Origin: Sphagnum compactum
Lineage: Eukaryota
Assembly (NCBI GenBank): GCA_965153455.1
Contig: OZ234494.1
Location: 1,922,001 to 1,986,000, forward strand
Direction: 5' to 3'
Length of the DNA: 64,000 nt
In this document: positions 13,734-27,836 of the stretch, piece after piece
Position numbering within the stretch: position 1 is the first letter of the stretch
Layout of the letters: each line of letters starts with the position of its first letter
The notes under the pieces: model-generated
Seen by the model: the letters and a program-made list of their open reading frames with translations, nothing else
What the model was told of the DNA's origin: nothing
Databases searched by the model: none
Made by a program: the position numbers and the translations under genes

Positions 13734-15598
13734 GTATGGAATGCATTATTCTCTATGCCTGCTCTCTGTGCTTGAAACAACAAAAACTCTCTCAACTTTT
13801 GGTCTTCTCAACTTACCCCATACCTGTCATTTTCCCTCATCAGAATCCAAGGTTCCTGAACAGAGCCCGGGGGTTGACATGCTCTTGCCATACGGACAGT
13901 AAAGGTCTGAGGACAGTCTGGCATAACTAGTGATGAACTACCAGAGCCTAGCTTAGATCTTGCGCTCATGTATATCTGGTCCGACTTTTCCTATTAAGTG
14001 CAGTTTTTCTGGATAATATATATCTCAGTTGGCTTGTAGATTGAAAGGAGCCAGGGAAGTTAAGTTTACCTCTGTTGAGATCAAGAGTCAGCATCAAAGC
14101 TTGTTTCTCTTGGTCCGCAAATCTGACTTATCTGCAGAAGCCTGTGTGTATAGAAAAAAGTGGGCAGAAAATTGTGTAGGTGAGTCATCCTTCAAGCAAG
14201 CAGCGGTGGTTCTTTATGTGATGAATGGAGACAAACTTGGGCCTTCTATTGAAACTGTGAAGGTGGAATTTGTTATATCCTTGTTTAGTACTTGGATCGT
14301 GCTTGACAGTTTGATGGGATTAATTTGCCTGCATCTTACTTCAACGAGAAGTCAGGTCCTCTGGGGACAGAAGCTGACATCCAGACACATTCATCTGTGT
14401 AATCTACTGGAAATTTATTATGAGGCAGCCAATCTCTTCTAGAAGTTTGTGATAGGTGTCCAAGTCAATATACCTGACTTTGCTTAACTCATGATTTCAG
14501 GTGCTTGTGGTAACAAACACAAAGGTGGCACCACTTTACTTGGACAGGACCATAGCAGCCTTGAAACATGGAAGATTCAATGTGGAGGTTGAAAGTGTGA
14601 TACTTCCAGATGGTGAGAAGTACAAAGATCTCCCAACCTTGATGCAGGTCTTTGACAAGGCTATCCAGACACACATGGATAGACGATGCACATTTGTGGC
14701 TTTGGGGGGTGGAGTAATTGGTGACATGTGTGGCTATGCGGCTGCTTCTTATCTTCGTGGGGTTAATTTTATTCAGATTCCCACAACTTTGATGGCCCAG
14801 GTGAAAGCAGATCTTCAACATGAACCTTTGCATCCTGTCTAGATAAATTGATCCTCCTTCTTTCCTTCGTATTGACATTGCATAGTTTTTGGTACTTGGA
14901 TGCTGTAGGTGGATTCTTCAGTTGGAGGAAAGACAGGAGTCAACCATCCCCTTGGAAAGAACATGATTGGTGCTTTCTACCAACCTCAGTGTGTGCTTGT
15001 CGACACTGACACCCTCAACACATTGCCTGACCGGGAACTTGCATCAGGTGTTGCTGAAGTGATTAAGTATGGTCTCATCCGTGATGCCAAATTCTTTGAG
15101 TGGCAAGAAAAGAACCTGGAAGCCTTGCTTGCAAGGGATCCTGCAACATTGGCATATGCGGTCAAAAGATCATGTGAAAACAAGGCAGAGGTTGTATCTC
15201 TAGATGAGAGAGAAGGTGGGGTTCGTGCGACGTTAAATCTTGGCCACACTTTTGGGCATGCGATTGAAGCAGGTATCGGTTATGGTGGTTGGTTGCATGG
15301 GGAAGCTGTTGCTGCGGGCACAGTCATGTCTGCTGATATGTCTCTTCGGATGGGATGGATTGATAAGACCTTGTTCAACCGAGCTTTGGAGCTGCTCAAA
15401 AGAGCTAATCTCCCAGTGTCTCCTCCTGATTCCATGAACATTCAGACATTCAAGAGCATTATGGCAGTTGACAAGAAGGTTGCTGATGGGCTCTTGCGGT
15501 TGATTCTTCTCAAAGGATCTCTTGGGAACTGTGTTTTCACTGGAGAATATGATCCCGAAGCCCTTAACCAAACCCTTTCAGCCTTCTGTAAATCTTAG
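13257..15598 (+). CDS. DHQS: 3-dehydroquinate synthase, chloroplastic (shikimate pathway); 3 exons: 13257-13733, 14501-14800, 14909-15598; 488 aa
   Basis: AroB/DHQS motifs [100 protein letters not shown] and DKK. Both introns are phase-0 GT-AG (AAG|GTATGG...TTTCAG|GTG; CAG|GTGAAA...TGTAG|GTG) and join the exons in frame. A ~125-aa S/R/A-rich N-terminal extension resembles a transit peptide. An alternative ATG lies at 13275. Confidence 0.96.
14501..14800 (+). CDS. DHQS: DHQS coding exon 2
   Basis: Acceptor TTTCAG; VLVVTN...PTTLMAQ (100 codons); donor GTGAAA at 14801. Confidence 0.95.
14909..15598 (+). CDS. DHQS: DHQS coding exon 3
   Basis: Acceptor [15 protein letters not shown]...SAFCKS then TAG. 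Confidence 0.96.
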   Translation: MDSSVGGKTGVNHPLGKNMIGAFYQPQCVLVDTDTLNTLPDRELASGVAEVIKYGLIRDAKFFEWQEKNLEALLARDPATLAYAVKRSCENKAEVVSLDEREGGVRATLNLGHTFGHAIEAGIGYGGWLHGEAVAAGTVMSADMSLRMGWIDKTLFNRALELLKRANLPVSPPDSMNIQTFKSIMAVDKKVADGLLRLILLKGSLGNCVFTGEYDPEALNQTLSAFCKS

Positions 15599-16789
15599 TG
15601 TTTTGCTGTCATATTATACATATCATTATTGAAATCAGAATATCTGGAGGATGCAACCTTCAGGCTCCTGAATTTGGCTTCTCTATTCTCATTTCTCAAG
15701 AACTTGAGATTTGAGGCTTTATTGATATATTTATTGACACTACAGGTTGGGGTAGCATTTTGTAACCCGTACAAGTGTTGATCAATTCATGCACATGATT
15801 TGTTGATGTATATGAGTTCCTTATGCTTTATCTTGAACCATCCTCTGCACCACTCCCAGGGAAAAACCAGGTCTATCAGGAGATTGAACACACAGTTTTT
15901 AGCATCAGTTTTGATCTCTGAAAAAAGTTTATAGTTGTAAAGGTTCATAATAGGAGGCCAAACTGACAAGTGCACATGCCTATGTTTTGTGAGAGCTGCC
16001 ATAAGACAGTTTCTCTCTAGAACCCCTTCAGGACAGAACTCAGAACCTTCAATAGTGTCATCGAATTGCCTATGTGCCGAACCAAATGTGCCTCTTGCAC
16101 CCCCCATACTTTTATGTACATGTCATGCAACATCTGTGTGGTTGCTGGGGCATGGCTGACTGATTGGTGGACTAGACTGGCTGCATGGAGCTTGAGCTTA
16201 GTGTCTATAGTTGGACTTGGAGGATGGAATGATCACCCCCCTGGATATGTGCACATTAGGGCCTATAGCAGAATCCATGATTTATAAGTAGTAATAGGGT
16301 GAATATAGCTATGTGATAGGAAATTTGGTGAACTTATAAATTTTATATATTTGTTTTCTGATTTAATTTACCAATGTTTGATCAAGGAAATATTAATAAA
16401 CAGCATTGTAGGCAACAACTCTACTTCATCATAAATATCCCCATAAGATCATTCAAAAACATATTCAAGATAATTGCAACAGATCAATCCAAGAGCATAT
16501 AATGGACAACTAATTAACACCATTTACTTCACATTCTGTCACATAGTGCACATCAATCAATTTAGTCACTGGAAAACCACACGAAAGATAAATCAAACTG
16601 AAAGGCAGGTTGAACAGACAATATATATATTGCGAGTAGTTGCAAGGTGAATAAAGGGCAAGCATTTCACTTGACCGGGGATTTAAACAGACACACCAAG
16701 TCCAGAAGCTTGCTGTAAACATGGGAACAATTTGTTACTGAAAGAAGGTTTAAGCAAAGCCAAACTCAATCTATCTAACTTACTAATTG

Positions 16790-17320
16790 CAATGTTTTGT
16801 CAGATCATCAAGTGACCCAACACACCAGTGCACCTTCCATTGGAAACCTCTTATGACTCACTTGTGGATGAACTGCAAAATCAGTTGTCAATTCTCGTCA
16901 TGATGCAAGTTATGCAGCTGCAAGCTGCCTTCCTCCAACAGCCTCTGAATACCATTCATGTGGTGGTTCATGACATCTTCCTTACCATCACCTTCAAAGA
17001 GCGTTGCTGCCTTGTTGACTGGCGACAAAACACTAATGAAACCCATGAAAATAACAAGAACAGCTATTTGATCATCATGAAATTCTTCATGTGCATGCAG
17101 AAATATTGCTCAGATACTGTTGTATTCTTGCAGCAGCACCTAAGCTGTAAACTTCATGAGCTCTCAAGTCCTGCTCCACTAGACACTCATGGTCAAAGGC
17201 TCTACATCTGCTTATCACAACATGAGCTATTGCTCCTGCACCATGGGCAGTTGATGGTTCACCAGACATGGACTGATCACATTGACCTGGAATTCCTCCT
17301 CTTCCTCTTTTTCACCTACT
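16790..17320 (-). mobile_element. Degenerate hAT-like transposase fragment
   Basis: One minus frame reads ...PLTMSV*WSRT*ELM...LLQEYNSI*AIF...IAVL..FMGFISVLSPVNKAATLFEGD, resembling the hAT (T)RW.S...L.P...AT..EG segment. It has about 9 stops. The open 178-aa ORF on + is its antisense shadow. Confidence 0.5.
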
Positions 17321-20300
17321 CTACATCTGCAACTCATATAGTAATCGCAATTATATCTTATTAAAAACCAAAATGCATCTTAGACTACAAAGTTTTAGAC
17401 CACAACCCAGAAGCTTGAAACACCAACCCCGCTCACAATCTTAGCTTATCAAATGTTCTTGTCCTCCCACCTCATGTTCCAAATATCCTATTCATGAGAA
17501 AGTGAAAGATTGACAGAGGAAAAAAACAAACTAATTATATTCTTCTTTGTGTTGTTGGGTTTTGAGCTTTTGTGACACAAAATTAGGGTTGATGAAATCT
17601 TCATTGGATGGAATAGTACTATCAACCGCTGAAAGTAGAAGATGACAAAAGTGCGGTAGTTGATGGTGAAAGGAGGAGGTGTTCTCGTCGATAGTTTGTT
17701 TTTCTTTTCTATGATTTGTTTCTTGTGGGTTATGTTCGATGTTGTTCTAATGGTGATTGGGTGTTTTGATAGTGCTTGGCGTGGGTGTTGTGTTTGATGT
17801 GTTGAGTTCAGCTATTGTCCAGATGTTGTGTTGGTTTTTAGAGGATGCTCATCTTGGAGCTTGGTGCTTCATAGTATGTGAATGGCAGTGCAATTGTGTT
17901 GGGGTAGCTAAGTTTTTCTTCTTTTCCTAGTGTTTGCATAAGTTGGTGGTTTTTGAGAAGAAAGAGATGGTTTGGTAGTGTTTAAAACCTTCGAAGGATA
18001 GTAGGGGATAAATGCCCAGTTGTTACTGATCAGCTTGACTATGGAGATATGTCGTCCTTTCAATGTGGCATACATTTTAGAAGAAAGGAGATGGGAGTAG
18101 TAATAGACTTAAGGGTCACATTGGGAGAAGTGATGAAAACCTTTAGGGATTTTATGAGTGGTCAATGGTAATTTGTGTAGTGATGTGTTAGAGTTATTGT
18201 GCGGATTTTGTGGCAATTGTGTTGAGTAAGTGATTCAAAGAGAAAGAACATCTGCAAATGTGGGAACTCCGAAAGGATGCTTTGGTTTCTAGGGTGTGGC
18301 TGGTTGTGGGAAAATTTGTTGGAAATCATTCTATAGTTCATTATTTCTACTTTGTCCAACCTCTTGAGATGTTATATGTTTCTTTGTTGCTTTGTGACAA
18401 CATATGTAATTTGATGTATTTGAATGTGTGGGGTTTTCGGTTGTGGTTCAAGTTCATGAGCTATATATATTGGGATATGGCATTGTCTGATTAATGAAAG
18501 TGGTGGGGGAGAGGATTTTGTGACTATTGGAATTGCCAACAATATGACTAGTGGGTTCGTTCAAAGAGAAATTAGAGTGAATTGATCCCTCATGACTGAT
18601 TAAACTCGTAGATTAAAATTGATTACATAAATTAGCAGGTAATTAGATGTTATAACATAAGTATTGTCACTTTGGACAAATGCTCTTGTATTTATGCAAG
18701 TCTTGAACCATTGGTTGTAATAGTTGTGTTTTATGATTGGGATATCTCCCTCTTTTTGAGTTACATTTCTTTCCTTTTTCCCTTACCTAGTCATCAAGTC
18801 CAATGTTTGATCCTAATGTTGTTATTTATATTCCTAGATTCTTTGATGCCTAGTAGTTGGTGCCATGGAATCAAGGGTGATAGGGAGGGTACTTGAAATT
18901 TGTTTTACCACACATGATGTACATAAAACAAGGAGTGCAAGCCACCACCACATAACATTATCATTTATTGTTGTTGCCAATTGAAATGCAACATTTGCCC
19001 TTTGATCCTAGCTTTAACGTTGGAAGTTGTTGCAAAAATATTGAAACAAAAAACACAATAGCCAAGAAACAATTCAATCTAAAACCCAACTTTTTTATCC
19101 CATTTTTAGCTTATTGTTAAAGAACATTCAAATCTACAGCTGCATTTCATGTCTTCATTCGCTTCGTAATAAGTATTATGGAAAAACCTTGAAAGCATGT
19201 TGAACTCAAACTCAATATCGGAAAAACAAAAAATTTATAAAACCCATCAGTAAGAGTTTGCAAGAACCCAATAACAAGAATTTGTAAAACCTATCACATT
19301 TTCTCTTTCTCTATGGTTGCACGTTTAAGTAGGTCATGGACAAAAATGTAACTTGTGGGTTGTGTTTTGTCATCCAAGAACAAAGTTTGATTTGTTTCAG
19401 AACATGATGTGGAAAATGAATCACTTGCAAATGGAAAGTTCTTCCATCCCATGAATAAACCTTATATTTTCACATGGGACTTTTATGACATTTGATCTAA
19501 TTGATTTGCAATAACAACGAGCTTGGCATTATCTCCTCCAATTCTTTGTACATGAAGTTAAAGTTCCTTCACCTTTGCAACTATAACACAAGCTTTTCAT
19601 CAACCCATCTCATTTGTACATGTTGTAAGTTCAAACACATTGTGGATCTCTTGTTCTGCAACAAATTGTATTTGTAAACACAAAGTCACTACCTCTGTCT
19701 CATGTTGGAAGATTCAAGATAAGAATAAGTTAGACACCATTCAAAAAAAATAAGACATGATACATTCAACTTATTCCAATGACTTGCAAACAACAAATAG
19801 CTCAAAGGAAGAAGCTTTCCATTTATACCAACATTCAATATGCAATCACAAAAAACAAGGTTCTTGAATTGAAAAGGTAATTTCAAATCCCATTGGGCAT
19901 ATTGTCTCCATACAAAGATATTCCAAAAGAATAGAATTGCAACAATATATCATTGATATGCTTGAATGTGATTAAGACACCCAGTGATAAAACTTGACAT
20001 GAACGATTTGAAATCAATTTTTTTTTGCTATTTACTAGCAACATGAGAATTATTTCTACAGAATCAATGTATATTGCTGAATTGAAAGCAAAAACACAAA
20101 TTGAACAAAGGACAAAGTGCGCTCTCTTCAGAGTTATAGAAAATGTCCTAAAAAAATTGAACTAGAGGCTCCTCAAAGCGTAGGAAAGAAAGTATTTATC
20201 CTTTTGTTCAAGGCTAATGTCAACTAATCTTGAAGGGCTATCCAAGGGTTTTTTTTGAGTAGAAGTGCTGACCAAAGAACTAGTCAATACCTCCTACCAA

Positions 20301-21125
20301 ACCCTCAATGATTCCTCAAAGCATCACTGACGTCGAATTACTCTATGCTGACCCACAAAATACTTTAAAGGGTACCAATTCTGTAGTGCAATGGCTATAA
20401 AAGACAAAATTTCAAAGTTCTTATGTCTTTTAACACACTCTACCAAACCAACCAACTTATATATATTAGCATCATAATCATACTTAACACAATCACATAA
20501 GTAAGAGACAAAAATATATATTGAAAATTTGTTTCCTATGAGGCATTGCTGGCAGGCATGCATACTTTTGTGTTGAAAACTGAGCTGCATTCAATTTGTT
20601 TCTACATAGTAGTGTTTGCTGGGTGCTGTTTGCCTAGAATCTGATAGAGGTGCACTGGAAAATACTACAAACAAATCAAGATTCCCTCATCAAATTCTCT
20701 TATATATTCTTATATACATATATATGTAAGCATGTCTATGATTGCACGGTGTGCATCGCAAAGCACATATTTTTAAACAGCCACTGACATATGAAGTCAC
20801 GGGGACCTTGAACTACCAGTCTCAAACCCATTGAAATGGAGAGCACTCTTGACGAACTAGCCTGTACATGGAAATATCATTTACCTGCAATCAATAGATT
20901 TTCTGCTAAGAGATAAAATCTTTTTAATGACATTATGCAGAACATGTTCTGGATTCAGCATGTTTCAGAGTTAGCTCAAGTTAATTGACCATTGTGATTA
21001 GCCTTGTTCCGAAGGTCCTGTATGAGGCAATGTACAATACTTATGCCTCTTGCAAAATGAGAAATTAACTGTTATCTCACTATTCTTCCAAGAGGTCTCC
21101 AAGCTCAAGAAGCCCAAGGCTTTAA

Positions 21126-21466
21126 AATCACTTTAAAATCAATTAATCTCCCACATTCTGAATCCAAATCTTACCAAATAAATTCCATTTAAATCCTGCT
21201 CATCCAGATCTTTCCAAGAACACCAAAGGCACATTCCAATTCCTCTGAAATTTTCAGGTACGATTTAACTTAAATTTTCAGTGAAGAAATCATTCAATAC
21301 TCAACAACTTTTGCACCACAAGTCCAAACATCATGGAACCAAGCTCTTGCACCCCTCCCCCATCGAGAGCTTTCCAAAGACACCAAGAACACAATCTGAA
21401 GGATCCCGGTTCGATGGATTTCATAACTACAAAATAAAACAAACTTCCTTCCTTCATTAGATAGAT
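21126..21466. repeat. Dispersed ~330-bp repeat family, copy 1
   Basis: Clear co-linear similarity with 38245-38572 (aatcactttaaaatc...ccaaaggcacattccaattcctctgaaatt...ttttgcaccacaagtcca...ccaaagacaccaagaacac...agatagat). Confidence 0.9.
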
Positions 21467-21582
21467 GAGTGTTGGCAGGTATAGCAATTTAAATATATCA
21501 GCAGGATAAGGGTAAGCACAACATTTCAAAACATGTATCTACCGAGTAAAGGTATATTGGCTTCCAAAAAATCCCAAATCGT

Positions 21583-21606
21583 GGGTTTAGGGTTTAGGGT
21601 TTAGGG
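21583..21606 (+). repeat. Short interstitial plant telomere repeat GGG(TTTAGGG)3
   Basis: Read directly from the sequence. Confidence 0.85.
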
Positions 21607-22959
21607 TATGAAAGCTTTGTAAAATTGTCATTTCAGGTAAGGGTAAAGGTGAATGATGAACATTTACCCTACTCTCAGGGTAAGGGTAACTATTTTCATC
21701 ATTTACCCCATACATATCAGGTGGGCATAAGTCCGTAAACATGGGATAAAAAATAAATTAACATAAGTATGGCACTTTTCAAAGTGAAGAAAGACAAATT
21801 ACTTGTGCACTTGACATTTCAAACATCTTATCAAAATGATTAACACACATATAATCAAATCAATCAATAGTGTTAAAAATATATTCAAAGAATTTTTATA
21901 ATGAAAAATGATAGTAAAATCTAAGGGGGTTCCGAAGAGCATATGGTGAGAATTTTATTCAAGATAATTAACGTAATGATTTTTTTAAATGCAAAAAAAA
22001 ATATTATATACAACATTTAGTCAACATAACAATATGAAAATGCATATATGGTATATATCATGTGTTCGCCTGCTTCAAAACAATAAAGACATGGTAAGTT
22101 GAAATGTTTATCAATTGAGTTGAGGTAATTATAAAAAGGTAGTAAAAAAGTTTGAAACATCGAATGTGAGATATTGAATGAATCAATGGGTTTGATGCTT
22201 TATTTATTTATACACATGTCATGAACTAGATCATTATGGTTTTCTCAACAATGTTATGCATTTGACAAAGTTAAACGAGATCACTTAAATTGAAGTTGTA
22301 ATTTGTAAATGGTTTAATAATTGTTTACACTCGTACATATATATTTATTTATACATATACTCAACCATTTAGTGTAATGTTTTAATGTTCATGTTTTTAC
22401 CCCCACAATCCATAGAACATTTTGGCAATGAGTAATAGGTATCAGGTCTGTCCACATGGACTTACCTTACCAAACACTGGAGTAAAGCTTTATACTCAGC
22501 AACAAGCGTTAGGCTAGGTACCTTCAATCTGCTTTTGAAGGTTTGATGAACTTAGCCCTACCTGCTGCACTCAAGGTCGTACTACTTTGCAATGTGTTCT
22601 GCAACATGACCCACCCAATGTTTTCAAAAACTTATCAAAAGCATAATCTCCTTTACATTAGGCATAGAGAGAGAGAGTGAACTTGGCCTGAGCAATGGTA
22701 CAACAACAACAACGACGAGCGCCACTGTCCCCCTCCCTGTACTTGCCGGCAATTTCTTAAGAAAACTCATTGGGCGCCGCATGATGTGTTGTACAAAGTG
22801 TGGGGAAGATTGTTCCAAGTCTCCTTGATTTCAAATTCAAAAAACAATCAATCTACTGCCAAAAGTTGTGTGTCTATGGATCAGTTGGGCTTTGCAAAGG
22901 CTTCCCAGACACCGTTCAGCCCGGGCTTTGTAGCCAGCAGCAGCAGGAGGTCTAAGTTA

Positions 22960-25900
22960 CGGCTTGAATGTATGACCCAGCACCCACCAGTGCACCATCC
23001 AAAAAATCCTGTTTTTGGGATTTTTTGGATGCGATGAAACCCTAAACCCCAGGACAGGGTTCTGGGTTTAGGGTTTTTTTTTCTCACACACCCTGACCTT
23101 CAATGGTCAGTTTTTTTTTTCCTTCCCCCACCCCCTCCCTACCTACCTCCTACTTTTCCCTTCCTCTCTCCCCTCCCTTTTCCCACTCATAATTTCTTCT
23201 TCTTTCTTTGGGACCTCTTCTTTCTTTCTTGGTTTTCCTTATTTCTTTGTTTCTTCTTTTTGTTTTCTATTTTGTGTAGAGCTTTGTTTGAGGTCTCTGT
23301 GGCCTCTTGTTTTTTTTCTCTCTTTTCTTTTTAAAAAACATTGTGTCTTTATTTGAGGTTTTGTGATCTTTTTGTTCTTCTTTTGATTTTTCTTTTTCTT
23401 TTTTTTTTTGTTTCTTGTTTTTGTGTGTATGTTTTGAGTTACACGTGTGGAGCTATGGAAGAGGAGGACAGGAGCAACCAAAAAAAAAAAAGGAAGAGAT
23501 GAAGAGGAAAAGCAACTGAAAGAGGTGAGTCTCTTGCAATTCAACACCTACAAACCAACAATGGTAGTAGAGGTTTGTTGCCATCGTCATGAGCTCTTGA
23601 TTGCAATAAAGGTTTGTTGCCTTCACTAGGATTTTCTATTTTTTTTGTTTTTTAATTTTGTTTTTATTTATTTCTCTTATTTCTTTTTGCTTTTAATTTT
23701 TTTCCCTGTTGTTTGGCTGGTTTTTTTAATATCGTGTTTTTGGCATTTCAATTTTTTGCATTTTTTGCATTTTTTTCTATTTTTTCTATTTTTCTCAATT
23801 TTTAAAATTTGGTTTCTTTTTATATTTTCTATACCTTTTTTTAAAAATATTTCGAGTTTGTTCTATATAAAATTTAAACTCCAAAAAAACCAATATTAAA
23901 AAAAACAATAGAAACAAAAAAAGAAACATTTTTTTAATTACAGAAAATGAAAACAAGAAATAAAACAAGAAATACTAAACCAAAGTTTTAAAGAAGTACA
24001 AAAAACAAAAAACAGAAAATTAAAAAAAAGAAAAACAAGGGATAAAAGTCCAAGAAAAAACCAAGAATTTTTTTTTAAACCCCAAAAATCCTGGGTTTTT
24101 TCTAGATTTTTTTCCTTTTTTTAATTTTCTGTTTTTTGCTTTTTGTACTTCTTGAAAATTTTGGTTTTATATTTCCTGTTTTATTTATGGTTTTCATTTT
24201 CTGTACTTTTAAAATATATATTTCTCTTTTTTCTCTAAATGGTTTTTTAATAATTTTTTGGGGGTTTAAAATTTTATGTTTATTTAGTTTCCTTTTTCTT
24301 CAATTTTTTTTTGTTTCTCTTGTTTTTTATGTTTTTTTAATTTTTATTTATTTATTTATTTCTGTAATTTTTAAATATCTTTTTTATCTTTTTTTTTTGT
24401 TGGTTTTTTTTTTCCTTTTTGGTTTTCTCAATACTATTTTAGTGGTTTGTAATCAAATTTTTTGTGTGTTGGGCAATTGTACGAACAAAGACCCATGCCA
24501 CACATGAATGGGAATACTTATGAAATGATGAACTACAAATAAAACCAACATTGATGCCCACATTGGTAAAAGTCGCTTCTTCCAAGTTGTTCACTTTAGT
24601 AAATATTCCAACGTGGGGTGTGGGGTCCATCCTCCCCATGTAATGACCAAATTAAGGAGTGATGAAAATCTTGTCGGTTTAATTTGAGCTAACAAGGTCT
24701 TTTATGCAATGGGCCTTGGAGATGTTTGGGATAACCAACATTGGACCAAAAAGGAGTGTGAAAACGAGATCATTTTACTTGTGAATTACCATGAATTGGA
24801 AATGATTCATGGTTGGTAAGTTCCATCATATTCAATTTTCACTTCAAATTTGCATTGTGCTTCAAACATGTGTTTTCCAAACTATATTCTTTGATTTGTG
24901 TGCATGTCAATTTTAAGATTCAAGGTACCACCAAGGAGGCCTTCATAGTTGATTCAATGAAATTAATTTTGGCAAATTAAAAATTTATACACCTAACAAT
25001 ATGTTCAATTTGCACAAAATGCAGTGGCACACTATCAAAGTGCAAATGGATTATCATTGAAATCTATTAATGAGAGTTTTAATGAGAGTGAAGGTGAGAG
25101 CAATTAGCTTGACATTCCATTTTTGGACTAATACACATTTTGTACCATGCGTATGGCATCCATGAATTTTCTATGCTACATTTTTGTAAACTAATTTAAC
25201 CTCCATGGATATAACCCATTGGCATTGGAAATGAATGAATGTAAATATATTTAGTTGTAAAAAGTTTGAACTTTATTTATATAGAAACAAAGCTACTAAT
25301 ATCCATATATAATGTATGTGCCTCTTGCATTAAACAAAAAATTAATTGGATGTATTGTTAGTGATGAGGGTATTGCAATTGTAGTCCAAATGTTTATGGA
25401 GGTTCCATTAAAGCCTAAGGACATGATTTTGTGCAATACCTTCATCAATAAAACAATCCCTTATTTCATAGTTAGAGTTTTGAGATAATTATATATGCAT
25501 GTTGAAGGTATTACGTTTACACTTTTGTTATTCAATACCTTTGGGACAAGACAAAACATATTCCATCAACCTTATCTTTAAACTTTACAACCATAATAGT
25601 ATTGCATAAACTTTGATCCTTTTTTGGTCCATGTAATACCCTAACCCCTAAACTTAACTTTAATACACTCGTGATGGTACTGCATAACCCCAATAGGAAT
25701 AGGGTAAATCAAATAAGGGTATGGCAATTGAACTAGATTTCTTTACTTTAATATTATGTGAGGTCGCAGTTAAATATTGGTTAACACCCATATTAAGGAT
25801 GGTTGGATATGATATTTGTATTCTATCCTTGGGGTATTGCATCACTTTGATGAAGGTAATGCATGTGTGAATTGGGTTGGATATGATATGGTCAATGTGT

Positions 25901-27836
25901 CCAAAGGGTATTGCATTATTCAATTAGATGATATGAAATATAACCTAGCCATGAGGGTATTGCATAAGAGCAAAATAATCTAGTAATTGCATTTTTTAAT
26001 CAAATGAGGTGAAATATATTATCTTGGGCATGACTATTGCATAATAACAATATAATCTAGTGCATTTGTATTACTTTGATGAAGGTAATGCATGTGTGAA
26101 TTGGGTTTGATATTAGATTGCTAATGTGTCCATAGGGTATTGTAGGGATGAAATAAATGAAATAAAATAGTTATAACTAGGCCTACTTGAATATTGCAAA
26201 ACAATAATACGATCTAGTGCATTTGCATTATCTTGATGAAGGTAATGCATATGGCATTAGGTTGGATATGTTATTTCCAATGTGTCCTTGGGGTATTGCA
26301 TTGTTGAATCAAGTGAGATGAAAATAGTTTAATAGGATTGAAGGTATTGCATAATAGTAAAGTTGTTGTGCTCATACATTAGTTTGATGAAGGTATTGAA
26401 AAGCAAATTAGGTGCAATATGATATTTTCCCTTTGCCTTGGTAATATTGCATTTCAATAAAATCATCTAGGGTTTCGCATGGTAAAATATTTAAAAATTT
26501 AATTATCTCTAAGGCAATCAAAATGGTCCAATTTTTGAAACAAGTAAAGAAAGTAGATTTAAAATAATTAAAAATAACACAATAAAAACATGGTGCTTTT
26601 CTTTGACTTTATAATGGGGTGATTAGAAAATTTGAGAAACTTTCGCACAATAAAAGTAGATAACAAGTATGTTTGAAAATGATTGGCCAAATTGAGTTTA
26701 AACCTACTTTTTCATTAAAAGTTTGATGTATTTTATTATAATATTTAAACATTGATAACTTACAAGTACATTTTAGAGCTACATCATGTTGAAAATGGAG
26801 AATATTATATAATCATTTACTTTCACCTACTTGTACAAGTTTGGATAGCTAGAAAAAATAGGAAAAAAATAGTTATTTTTAAAAAATCTACGTGAATGCA
26901 TATTAGATATGTGATTAATCAACATTATTGTGATAAAATTAAAGATTATCCTCATGTCAATCACTAAATTTTTTTAAAAAATTACTTTCGATGCATTAAA
27001 ACTTGTTTATGGCTATTTTATTTTTGTGACAAGGATTAAAAAATTTCTACTTTACCATGCCTTCACCCTCCAATGGGTGTGCATTACTTTTATGAAGGCA
27101 ATGTGATGATTAATTAATGTATATATATTTTTGCAAGTTGTGCTAAGGGTATGGCAAGAATTTGAAATCTAATAATTGTGAGGAAGCTCAATGAGGGTAT
27201 TGCAAGAACGATTACATCAGTGGATTGATGTGGTTTGAGTAAAAATATCAAGTTCATTTGCAATACCTTCATATGGGATTTAATTGCTGAGTTTTATAGG
27301 GCTACATAAAAGAAATCTAATTTAGTTACAATACCTTCAATCGAGTCATTGCAAGTTGTTTTCAACAATCATAAAGTTACAGGGTTTAATAAGGAGATAA
27401 GTAAGAAGGAGAATGAAGCAACCTACCTAGTATATTGCAATACCTTCATCGACCTGCATTGTCATTGCCTTGGTGGAGATTTAGTGCGTAGGTACAGAGG
27501 TAGGTAGTTTGATGGGAAGGTATGCAAATGGGTGAGTAGGTAAATAGATGGGTGGGTAGGTGGGCAAGTAGGTAGGTAGGTGGGGGAGGGAGGAGGCTAG
27601 GGTGCATAGGCAAGTAGTTTAAATGTAGGTAGGTAGGTGAAACTTGGGTGGGCGTGGGGGTTGAAGAAAAAAAAATTCCCAAAAAAAAAACTAACATGGG
27701 TTGAAGAAAAAAAAAATGTCAACTTGAGTTCATCACCTTGGTTAGCCCAGGGACATGGAGGGACAAAAAAGGTGCACCCATCAGTGCACCATCCATCCAC
27801 ATTGGTGCATTGGTGGGTGCTGGTTCATTCTAGCCT
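22960..27836. mobile_element. Non-autonomous PIF/Harbinger-like TIR element (~4.9 kb)
   Basis: Left TIR GGCTTGAATG[TATG]ACCCAGCACCCACCAGTGCACC (22961-22996) matches the reverse complement of 27804-27835, GGCTAGAATGAACCAGCACCCACCAATGCACC. Flanks are TTA and TAA (TWA-type). The interior holds low-complexity tracts and tandem repeats but no intact transposase. Confidence 0.75.
25820..26460. repeat. Degenerate tandem repeat inside the PIF-like element
   Basis: Recurrent tttgatgaaggtaatgca (~25845, 26073, 26232, 26383) and gggtattgca motifs, with spacings near multiples of ~76 bp. Confidence 0.65.

Noticed and set aside
14029..14442. 137-aa ORF within DHQS.
   Set aside because: Lies in intron 1 with a non-ATG start; exons 1 and 2 already join into continuous DHQS homology.
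23239..24507. F/L-rich or K-rich ORFs resembling membrane or basic proteins.
   Set aside because: Artefacts of poly-T/poly-A low-complexity tracts.
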